This document shows, in pieces, positions 36,109 through 43,764 of a stretch of DNA of 64,000 bases. The position numbers and the translations under genes were made by a program. The stretch is from positions 64,001-128,000 of IMG/VR virus record IMGVR_UViG_3300045988_143931. The stretch is one strand, 5' to 3'. The notes beneath the pieces are model-generated. The model was not told the DNA's origin. It was given only the letters and a program-made list of their open reading frames with translations, and searched no databases. Positions within the stretch are counted from its first letter, which is position 1. Each line of letters begins with the position of its first letter. The stretch comes from a virus.

Positions 36109-36429
36109 ATTACAATACAACAAGGAAAAAAATATTATAATCAAAATGATATTGCAAATGAAATTCGTAATAGGATTGATTGTTCATCAATAGATGTACT
36201 TCGTGTACTTAATTCGTTAGGTGATGTGGTAAAGGATAAATTTAGTGATAGTGATGAATATGTTGAATTAAAAATATTTCCTGGACTAAAAGTAACTTCA
36301 AGATATATACCACTTGAACAATCTAAATCTAATCTTAATTTAAAAAATAATTCTATTTTATCTATTACTTCAGTGTTCACTGATGATTTTCGTAAAAAAG
36401 TTAGAGAATTACATAATAATTTAGAATGA
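36109..36429 (+). CDS. HU/IHF-like DNA-binding protein with a non-canonical start
   Basis: The frame is open from 36055. YNQNDIANEIRNRIDCSSIDVLRVLNSLGDVVKDKF...VELKIFPGLKVTSRYIP has an HU-fold pattern. A perfect AAAGGAGG (36100-36107) is followed only by ATT (36109) and ATA (36115). The first canonical start (GTG 36226) would delete helix 1. Confidence 0.5.
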   Translation: MTIQQGKKYYNQNDIANEIRNRIDCSSIDVLRVLNSLGDVVKDKFSDSDEYVELKIFPGLKVTSRYIPLEQSKSNLNLKNNSILSITSVFTDDFRKKVRELHNNLE

Positions 36430-36559
36430 AATCAGCTTTTCTTAATATCCTGCCCTATAGGGGCATTACATAATATTAAAAGTTTATCTCATAAGCTAAC
36501 CTCTCTTTCTTATATCGGTGGTTACATTATTTTGATAATGGTGTAATCACTGATACTCT

Positions 36560-36631
36560 TCCCATATAGTTCAATGGTAGAGCAACGGACTGTTAATCCG
36601 TAAGTTACAGGTTCGAATCCTGTTGTGGGAG
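36560..36631 (+). tRNA. tRNA-Asn (GTT)
   Basis: Cloverleaf by hand: acceptor TCCCATA/TGTGGGA, anticodon loop CTGTTAA, T-arm ACAGG-TTCGAAT-CCTGT. Confidence 0.85.
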
Positions 36632-37459
36632 TTATCCTATTTTTATAGGACTGGTCGGTTTCGGATCAGAGAATATTAAATTCTAAAATAAGCATGGTGA
36701 CATGTATAAAGTGGTTCTTATCGCATTATAAGGCTGCGACTGTAGTGATACAGTTTGACGGAAAACACATAGGATTTATACCTAACCTAAAATCAGAGGG
36801 CTACTGCTAATGATATGGTTCGGTAGGTGTCATGAAAAAGGCACTGTTAATTAACACAGAAATGTGGGGATAATCCGTGTATGGTTGGTGGAAATACCGC
36901 AAGTATAACTGCTAGTCATATTTTGGTAATATCTCTTAAGTTGAAAAACAGGGATAGAATCAAAAAGCAAGGAGATCGCAATCCAAGCAGGATGGTGATG
37001 ATTGGGCGGTACTCAAAAGGTACTGATGGTCAAATATACACCTCATCGTCCAAAATTTAATTACATACTTTTAAATTGGTCAAATAATAGAAAAGATAGA
37101 TTATTTAAAGAAAATAACAAGCAAAAGTGTGTATGACCGCAAAGAGAAAAACAACTTATTGTCCTGTAATATGGACACATATAACACTCGCAAGGTGTTA
37201 TGTGAGAAAGTACAAGTATATGCAACTCTAATAGGCTGCAACCTATGAATCTCGCAAGGAAGAATGTGTAAAAAGAAAATCTATAATGCTTTGTGGTAAG
37301 AGTTTGCCAGTTATGTCAAAACTGGTGTTGTTGCTACCTACTGTCTAATCGACAGTGTGATAAATTGTGTCCAACCGCAATAGATGGTAGTGTATTGAGT
37401 CAATATCTCAGCTCATATTAAGTAAGAGTCTCATACTTCGGTATGGGATTTTTTATTTT
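36632..37459 (+). ncRNA. candidate large structured ncRNA (GOLLD/ROOL-class or novel)
   Basis: No ORF of 60 aa or more in six frames over about 0.8 kb, lying between two tRNAs. GNRA-capped hairpins at 36693-36704, 36739-36754 and 37181-37201. CTCGCAAGG occurs twice and ACCGCAA three times. The region ends in a UUCG hairpin plus U-run. Confidence 0.45.
37430..37459 (+). terminator. intrinsic terminator (UUCG-capped)
   Basis: 7-bp stem 37430-37436/37441-37447, loop TTCG, then ATTTTTTATTTT. Confidence 0.65.
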
Positions 37460-37533
37460 GGGAATTAGTTCAGTTTGGTTAGAACGCCTGATTTGGGTTC
37501 AGGAGGTCGTGGGTTCAAATCCTACATTTCCAA
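37459..37533 (+). tRNA. tRNA-Pro (TGG)
   Basis: Acceptor TGGGAAT/ATTTCCA, anticodon stem CCTGA/TCAGG with loop TTTGGGT, T-arm GTGGG-TTCAAAT-CCTAC. Confidence 0.8.
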
Positions 37534-37571
37534 CTACTATTCTACTTTGTAGGAAATAAATCAAGAAAGAA

Positions 37572-37718
37572 GTGAAAATTATTAAGTACATTTCAAAAAA
37601 TGAAATTGAAAAATTATTATTCGAAGGTGTAATTAGAAACACAAGACGAGGATATGTAGATCGCAGAGGCGAACATATTGGATATTACAAGACTTGCTTA
37701 AGTAGGTTCTGCTTATGA
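37572..37718 (+). CDS. hypothetical small protein (48 aa)
   Basis: Hand-called GTG start (MKIIKYISKNEIEKLLFEGVIRNTRRGYVDRRGEHIGYYKT...). Its stop overlaps the next ATG (ATGA coupling). Confidence 0.45.
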   Translation: MKIIKYISKNEIEKLLFEGVIRNTRRGYVDRRGEHIGYYKTCLSRFCL

Positions 37719-38026
37719 AAAATCGAATTGAATATAAAGGTTTTTATATTGACAAGACTGAAAATGGCTATCGTATCTGTAGACAAGAAGATACAGAAAA
37801 GCATACTCATCTCTCGAATCTTAATCCGTCATATAGACTTATAGACAATGTGTTATCAAATAAAATTCCTACTCGTTGTGGATGTTATTATTTAGAGTCA
37901 CATATTCGTTTGAGTTATGATGAAGATTATATCAGAAAGATTCGTGAGTATATCAAAGTAAAACAGAATAAAACGAAACAAATGTATTTTAATCCTGGCA
38001 GAAAGCGTTCTGGTGGGAATTTTTAA
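37715..38026 (+). CDS. hypothetical protein
   Basis: Track ORF. Confidence 0.6.
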   Translation: MKNRIEYKGFYIDKTENGYRICRQEDTEKHTHLSNLNPSYRLIDNVLSNKIPTRCGCYYLESHIRLSYDEDYIRKIREYIKVKQNKTKQMYFNPGRKRSGGNF

Positions 38027-38044
38027 TTTATGGAGGAAAAGGAA

Positions 38045-38272
38045 ATGGCAGCTAGTAAATTAAAATTTACAAGAACAACTACAGATAAATTAACAGTAAA
38101 GGCAGGTACACTCTCAGAGGATTGTACTACTATTACATACACTGATGAGAATGATATGGAGCAGGAAGTAAAAGTAGCCGATCTGCTTACTTCATTTAAG
38201 AATCAGGTAATTGATTTTACTGTTGCATTAAAGACAGATGAGGAGCTGGATGTTCCGTCTGATGAAGAGTAA
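38045..38272 (+). CDS. hypothetical acidic protein
   Basis: Track ORF trimmed to MAASKLKF (GGAGGA RBS). Confidence 0.6.
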   Translation: MAASKLKFTRTTTDKLTVKAGTLSEDCTTITYTDENDMEQEVKVADLLTSFKNQVIDFTVALKTDEELDVPSDEE

Positions 38273-38277
38273 GGAGT

Positions 38278-39486
38278 GTGATTATCATAACTTCTTATAA
38301 AAGATTTGAAAATGAGACAGACGAAGAACTTATCTACAGAGTTTGTTCAGACAAAGATCTTATTGGCTCGTGGCAAAATGTGGCTGATATATTAAATGAG
38401 TTGCTTGGTACAGAGTATACGGAATCAAAATTTCGCAAACAGTTTCAAGCTTTTAACAAAATGTTAAGTGCTAATAGAAGTAAATTTACCGATTCTGATG
38501 AACAGATTAAGGAGATTGAAGTTCAAAAGCGTGAGTTGGAAAAAGAACGCAAAAAGCTTCAAAGCGAAAAGATTGAATATAACAAATGGTTGCGTGAAGA
38601 AGCTAGGGATGAATTAATTGCAGAGAAAATTTGTGAAGCAATTACTTCTCTTGATAAATATTCTTCTCCTGTGCGCATATCTCCATCATCTAACAAAAAA
38701 TCATGGATATTGGCAATTTCAGATTGTCATTATGGTTGTGAATATGAAATTAAAGATTTTTATGGTGGTATTATAAACGCTTACTCTCCCGAAATCTTTG
38801 AGGAAAGAATGACTATTTTATTTAATAAAGTTGTAGATAAAATTGAGGATCTTGGCATAAAAGAGCTTTCTATCATTGAACTTGGAGATGGTATTGATGG
38901 TGTTCTTAGAATGTCTCAGTTAATGCGCCTTAGATATGGAGTTATTGAATCAAGTATTCGTTATGCTGATTATTTAGCGAATTGGTTGAATGAATTGAGT
39001 AAATATGTCTCGATTAAGTTTCAAATGGTTTATGACTCAAACCATAATCAACTTAGACTTTTAGATGGAAAGAAAAATACCTTTCCAGATGAAAATGTAA
39101 GTAAAATTATGATGGCTCTTATTAAAGAGCGATTAAAAGATAATGAAAATATTGTTATCTTAGAAAATCCAACAGGTATGACATATTCAATAATGTCTAC
39201 ATACTGTGTTGTTGGATTTCATGGTGAAAAGAAAAATCTTAAAAATAATCTTTTAGAAATGTCTCGTACTTATGGAGTTCATATAGATTACACAATTTCT
39301 GGACATATTCATCATGATAGTATGGCTGAAATCGGATTGGATTCTGCTGTATTATCTGTCGGTTCAGTAATTGGTATAGATCCATATAGTATGACATTAA
39401 ATGCAGCTTCCAATGCCTCATGTTCTATGTTTGAGTTTATACAAGGAGAAGGAAGAACTGCTGAATATGTTTTTAAATTGAATTAA
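38278..39486 (+). CDS. calcineurin-like metallophosphoesterase (Mre11/SbcD-type)
   Basis: Motifs in order: SDCHYG, ELGDGIDG, DSNHN, GFHGEK, SGHIHHD. The N-terminal ~130 aa are coiled-coil-like. The exact start is uncertain. Confidence 0.75.
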   Translation: MIIITSYKRFENETDEELIYRVCSDKDLIGSWQNVADILNELLGTEYTESKFRKQFQAFNKMLSANRSKFTDSDEQIKEIEVQKRELEKERKKLQSEKIEYNKWLREEARDELIAEKICEAITSLDKYSSPVRISPSSNKKSWILAISDCHYGCEYEIKDFYGGIINAYSPEIFEERMTILFNKVVDKIEDLGIKELSIIELGDGIDGVLRMSQLMRLRYGVIESSIRYADYLANWLNELSKYVSIKFQMVYDSNHNQLRLLDGKKNTFPDENVSKIMMALIKERLKDNENIVILENPTGMTYSIMSTYCVVGFHGEKKNLKNNLLEMSRTYGVHIDYTISGHIHHDSMAEIGLDSAVLSVGSVIGIDPYSMTLNAASNASCSMFEFIQGEGRTAEYVFKLN

Positions 39487-39506
39487 GTGTAGAAATACTA
39501 ATTTCA

Positions 39507-39536
39507 AGACCAAGTACGAGTGACTTGGCTTTTATA
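39507..39536 (+). terminator. intrinsic terminator
   Basis: CCAAGT/ACTTGG stem then CTTTTATATT. Confidence 0.5.
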
Positions 39537-39713
39537 TTATGCATAAGTAACTATGAAAATTGGGCTAATTTTCTACTTTTAATTAGTCCGATTGTATAGA
39601 AATTGTGATGTTACTGTCACAATTGTAAGTTATGAGGGAGTGTACTCAAATGAGACGCTACCCTCTTTTATATTACAAAATAAAATTAAGGAAAATAAAG
39701 GAGAAAATTAAAA

Positions 39714-39998
39714 ATGGTAAAGAACGAATTAGTAAGTGCAATCGCAGAAAGAATTGAAGGAGCTAAAAAAGGTGATATTGCTCTTATACTTGATACATAC
39801 GCAGAGGTTATTACAGATACATTAAAGGCTGATGCTACGGAATCTGTTCCTGTAGGTAAACTTGGTAAGTTTAAGGTTAAGGATGTACCTAAGAGAACAG
39901 GCAAGATTATGTTAGGTGACAGAAAAGGTGAGGAATATATAACTCCTGCCCATCAGGAAATCACATTTAAGATGAATAAGTCAGCAAAGCAGCTTTAA
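39714..39998 (+). CDS. HU-family DNA-binding protein
   Basis: MVKNELVSAIAERIEGAKKGDIALILDTYAEVI...GKFKVKDVPKRTGK...ITFKMNKSAK is the canonical HU layout. Strong RBS. Confidence 0.85.
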   Translation: MVKNELVSAIAERIEGAKKGDIALILDTYAEVITDTLKADATESVPVGKLGKFKVKDVPKRTGKIMLGDRKGEEYITPAHQEITFKMNKSAKQL

Positions 39999-40010
39999 TT
40001 CTGAAGGGAC

Positions 40011-40670
40011 GTGATTACTATAGATACAATAATTATAAATGATATACATGAATTAGCTGATTGGGCTAATTCAATGTATCATAATGTAGTTTCTTATGAT
40101 AATTTAAACAGTATAGCAATTGTTGCCAAGTATTATGAAGCAAAGACATTAATCGAAACTCTTATTGCTGAAAGAGGTTTTGAAATTTCAAGTATTAAAG
40201 AACTCGGCGATTCTAATGTCAATGGATATACAGATGAATATATTATCACATTATTTGTTGGTGACATTGGTTGTGAGCCTGCAAAAGATAATAATGGATA
40301 TAAGGATATATGCGGAGAAGCCGTTTATGTTCTTGAGAATTGCAATTCTAAGATAATGTCGCATGTTTATGGTGAGAATATATTTGAAGTGTATATTGAT
40401 AATATCAAAGATACTGATGATGACTACGATGGCGATTGTGAGAATTGCGATTGTTGTGGTAATGATACTTATTATTTTGATGTAAAATCTGGAACTTATG
40501 AGATTAATGGTAAAAAGGTATCTAAGAAAGAATTGTTAGATTATTTAGGTGAGAAAATTGATGAAATGTCTGAATGGAATAAGAGCTTTTCTTCTATAGT
40601 TTCTGAATATGAAGCAATTCATAATAGTATTAAAAGAATCTATAAACTTGATGATTTGTTAAGATTTTAA
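40011..40670 (+). CDS. hypothetical acidic Cys-containing protein
   Basis: Track ORF; GTG start. Confidence 0.55.
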   Translation: MITIDTIIINDIHELADWANSMYHNVVSYDNLNSIAIVAKYYEAKTLIETLIAERGFEISSIKELGDSNVNGYTDEYIITLFVGDIGCEPAKDNNGYKDICGEAVYVLENCNSKIMSHVYGENIFEVYIDNIKDTDDDYDGDCENCDCCGNDTYYFDVKSGTYEINGKKVSKKELLDYLGEKIDEMSEWNKSFSSIVSEYEAIHNSIKRIYKLDDLLRF

Positions 40671-40707
40671 TTAGCAATATGTTGCTAGTTAATAATTAAA
40701 TATATTT

Positions 40708-40743
40708 GGAGTGTGCAATTATTGGTTGCACACTCCTTTATTA
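40708..40743 (+). terminator. intrinsic terminator
   Basis: 11-bp stem GGAGTGTGCAA/TTGCACACTCC then TTTATTA. Confidence 0.7.
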
Positions 40744-40744
40744 T

Positions 40745-40827
40745 GGGTAGGTATGCAAGTGGTTAAAGTAGGCAGACTGTAAATCTGTTGGCGAAAGCCT
40801 TCGAAAGTCCGAATCTTTCCCTGCCCA
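40745..40827 (+). tRNA. tRNA-Tyr (GTA), class II with long variable arm
   Basis: Aligns position by position with bacterial tRNA-Tyr. Anticodon loop CTGTAAA. T-loop is TCCGAAT (C at position 55). Confidence 0.85.
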
Positions 40828-40858
40828 CTAAAATAATTAAAATAAATAAAATATTACA

Positions 40859-40897
40859 AGAAGTAGCTTAGTTTACCACTATCCTACTTCTTTTTTA
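40859..40897 (+). terminator. intrinsic terminator
   Basis: AGAAGTAG/CTACTTCT stem then TTTTTT. Confidence 0.65.
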
Positions 40898-40900
40898 TAT

Positions 40901-41947
40901 GTGAAAGGAAGTGATTTAGTGGCACATGTAACAAGGGTAAAATATTTTACCAAGGATAAGGAGAAATTCATAAATCCTGATAACTTGAAGAAATATAAAA
41001 AATATCTCCAATCAAATATTATAAAAAATCAGGATGTTAAAGATACAACATATAAAAGATATGAGGGATTGTTTCGTCATTTTCTTATGTGGCTAGGTGA
41101 AAACTATGGTGATTTAGATTTATATTCAAATGAGTTTATGGAGAATGCCGTTGATATTATGGAGAATTATATTATGTTCTGCCAGGAAATACTTCTGAAT
41201 CATAAAAAGATTATCAACATGAAAATCTCTGCTATTAGTTCATTCTATATTTGGTCTATGAAACGTGGTTTTGTTAAATACCATCCTTTTGATGGGAAAC
41301 TTGATAGAATGAAGAAAGCTAATGAGGAACATATTTTAAATTCGTATTTCCTTACAGAAGAACAAGTTCAGACAATCCGTAGAGAATTATCTGAAAATGA
41401 TAAGTATTCAATTCAAGATCAAATTTTATTTGAAGTAAGTTTTGACTCAGCAAATAGAATTGGTGCATTGTTAAGATTGCAGTTATCCAAACTTGATTTA
41501 GAGAACAATATGTTTGTAGATATAAGGGAAAAAGAAGGATACCGTACACAGGTAGTTTTCGGGGATGTTGCAAAAGAGCTTATTCAAGAGTGGCTTGAAA
41601 TGCGAAAGAATGATTATGACCACTTGGAATGTGATTCATTGTTGATCACAAAATACAATGGAGAATATAAACCTATGGGTGACAGTGCAATCAGAGATAG
41701 AATGAAGAAATATGGCGAAATTATTGGAATTTCTGACTATAGACCTCATTGCCAGCGTAAGACTAGGCTAAATCTTGTATATGAGGAAACTGGTGATTTA
41801 GCATTAGCAGCCGAGCTTGCCAATCATCGATCCACTGAAACAACTAGAGAATTTTACTGCCGCAAGCAGACCAAAGCAGAGGTTATGAATAAAATCAATG
41901 CTCTAAGAAGCAAAAATTCTAATGTTGCTGACGAAGAGAATAAATAA
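40901..41947 (+). CDS. tyrosine recombinase family protein
   Basis: R (SANRIGAL), HxxR (HCQRKT) and H...Y (ANHRSTETTREFY). The start may be the GTG at 40919 (AAAGGAAG RBS). Confidence 0.8.
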   Translation: MKGSDLVAHVTRVKYFTKDKEKFINPDNLKKYKKYLQSNIIKNQDVKDTTYKRYEGLFRHFLMWLGENYGDLDLYSNEFMENAVDIMENYIMFCQEILLNHKKIINMKISAISSFYIWSMKRGFVKYHPFDGKLDRMKKANEEHILNSYFLTEEQVQTIRRELSENDKYSIQDQILFEVSFDSANRIGALLRLQLSKLDLENNMFVDIREKEGYRTQVVFGDVAKELIQEWLEMRKNDYDHLECDSLLITKYNGEYKPMGDSAIRDRMKKYGEIIGISDYRPHCQRKTRLNLVYEETGDLALAAELANHRSTETTREFYCRKQTKAEVMNKINALRSKNSNVADEENK

Positions 41948-42013
41948 TCCTTCCGAAACCACTCAGATATATGTTATCCGTGAAGATACTGAGGATGCCG
42001 ATGAAGCTTTCGT

Positions 42014-42661
42014 CTAACACTTCTTTTTATTCCAACACTTCTTCACATAACAACCAAATTTAATAATTTTAACCCCTAGAATATCTATCCCTTTAATTAT
42101 AATCTTAATAAGAAAAATAACTAAGAATACCTCTCCACATACAAATGCATATTTGTAGACCATACCTTCATTATTAAATAAAGCTGCAATTATAAATGAC
42201 ATATAAATAATTAGTCCATCTACTCCACAGAAAAATATGAACTTATCGTCTTTAGATGAATACATAACACTCTGTATAAAATTAGGTTCAAGATATCCTA
42301 ATCTTCTGCGTAGATATGAATTTCTATCATATATGTTATTTTTGAAATTATTGTAGTTATATTTATTATGATTGTCTTTTAATATTATATATGTTTTATG
42401 AGTGGATCTGTCAATATATTTGATATTATAATCATTCATATAAGTTGATATATGATTTATAATATCATTTATAGTATTTTCGTTATATTCCTTATTATTG
42501 CTTAAAATTTTATACAAGGGATAATAAATTTGATTATATGCAATTTTCATATTATCTAATGGAATATTCTTATTATAATTATATTTGGTTACAATAAAGG
42601 TAAATATACCTGTTATAAGTGCAGGAAGAATTATTTTTAATATTTCTATAAATGATTTCAT
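42014..42661 (-). CDS. membrane protein, very AT-rich cassette
   Basis: Track ORF. N-terminal TM (ILKIILPALITGIFTFIV), C-terminal TMs and an Asn/Tyr/Lys-rich middle. GAGGT RBS. Confidence 0.65.
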   Translation of the reverse strand: MKSFIEILKIILPALITGIFTFIVTKYNYNKNIPLDNMKIAYNQIYYPLYKILSNNKEYNENTINDIINHISTYMNDYNIKYIDRSTHKTYIILKDNHNKYNYNNFKNNIYDRNSYLRRRLGYLEPNFIQSVMYSSKDDKFIFFCGVDGLIIYMSFIIAALFNNEGMVYKYAFVCGEVFLVIFLIKIIIKGIDILGVKIIKFGCYVKKCWNKKKC

Positions 42662-42685
42662 AATTTTACCTCATTATATTTTTAC

Positions 42686-42714
42686 TTGCATCAGCTAATT
42701 ATATGTGTTACAAT
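42686..42714 (+). promoter_or_regulatory. sigma-A-type promoter
   Basis: TTGCAT (42686-42691), 17-nt spacer, then TGtTACAAT (extended -10; -10 at 42709-42714). Confidence 0.55.
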
Positions 42715-42720
42715 ACAAAC

Positions 42721-42838
42721 CAAAAGAAACAAGCAATTATCCGTTAGACGGTTGAGCCAATATAATCAACAATGGCTAAATAAATATAATATTCAACACA
42801 TTAATGACCGTGCTTTGGCGAGTGGCGGTCATTTTTGT
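42721..42838 (+). ncRNA. candidate small antisense RNA (~118 nt)
   Basis: Bounded by the promoter above and a terminator (AATGACCG/CGGTCATT, 42803-42810/42826-42833, plus TTTTT). Internal hairpins CCGT-TAGA-CGG and AGCCA...TGGCT. No ORF. Overlaps the 3-prime end of the minus-strand peptide gene. Confidence 0.45.
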
Positions 42839-42929
42839 GTTTATCAAGAACTCTAACTAGGTATGTAGAGCAAATTCCGCTTACTATACCAGTTACTAAT
42901 GTAAAAATTAGTAAACCACAAAATGTCAC
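42801..42929 (-). CDS. small hydrophobic peptide (42 aa), type I toxin-like
   Basis: AAGGAGG (42937-42943) lies 7 nt before the GTG at 42929. Product MTFCGLLIFTLVTGIVSGICSTYLVRVLDKHKNDRHSPKHGH has one TM helix and a basic tail. TAA at 42801-42803. Confidence 0.5.
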   Translation of the reverse strand: MTFCGLLIFTLVTGIVSGICSTYLVRVLDKHKNDRHSPKHGH

Positions 42930-43453
42930 GTATTATCCTCCTTTGTAAGTATTTCCTACATGATGTCACGAGGATATTTATATAACAGAACATCACTGCT
43001 CTGACGTGACTCAAACACCTAACCATCTCTATCTAGCCAAACAAAGATGTTTGAATAACCGCTTGTCCTTTACATTATAAATCATATGACATTTTCTGTC
43101 AAAATATTCCAAAAAAAGAGAATAATATAACATATAAATCAATCAGAGAATATAAAAGTATCTTAAAAAGAATTTCTTTTGTATGGGTTGAGTCTAATTT
43201 GATCCTAGTTTTCTTAATTCTATCGACATCTAGGATAATCGGTTAATTTCAACCTTAGAAATGAGAAGATGTTCGTGCCTCTCTGCGTTAATGAGAATCC
43301 TTAATTGACGGATAAGAGTCATTAAATCTTATCAATTGATCTTTACTCCGAAGACCGAAAATATATAGAGAATAATCAGTAAGCATGGATACCTTGTGTG
43401 TCTTAGGGTACTTAGTTTGTACCTGAATAATAAAGTGGGTGATACCCACATTA

Positions 43454-43526
43454 GATCTGTTCGTCTAGTGGTCTAGGACATCGCCCTTTCACGGCGGCAA
43501 CAGGAGTCCGAATCTCCTACAGATCA
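43454..43526 (+). tRNA. tRNA-Glu (TTC)
   Basis: Acceptor GATCTGT/ACAGATC, D-arm GTCTAGTGGTCTAGGAC, anticodon loop CTTTCAC, T-arm AGGAG-TCCGAAT-CTCCT (C55). Confidence 0.85.
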
Positions 43527-43709
43527 TTATGCGGTAAACCTGATGTGAAAACCTATTTTTTGGATGCATACGAAACTTAGGCGTGTAAGCTCAACACTTA
43601 CTACCGCCCTTATGTTTTTTATAACTTTTTAGTTATTATAACAACATATTCTATTTAAACTTTTTCTTAGATATTTTCGATCAGCATATGGAGAGATATA
43701 TAAAAAAAG

Positions 43710-43740
43710 TTGTTCAAATCCTTTTTTATTATGATATACT
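43710..43740 (+). promoter_or_regulatory. putative promoter of the 43765 gene
   Basis: TTGTTC, then 19 nt, then TGaTATACT (extended -10). Confidence 0.4.
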
Positions 43741-43764
43741 GTATATCAAAAAAGGAGAAAAATT

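Noticed and set aside
36141-36380. 79-aa minus-strand ORF opposite the HU-like gene.
   Set aside because: It is a shadow frame of the plus-strand HU-like reading frame, with no RBS and Ser/Leu-rich composition.
40745-41947. A prophage end (attL/attR) at tRNA-Tyr plus integrase.
   Set aside because: Phage-type genes, tRNAs and the packaging module continue without a break on both sides. No direct repeat of the tRNA 3-prime end was noticed nearby.
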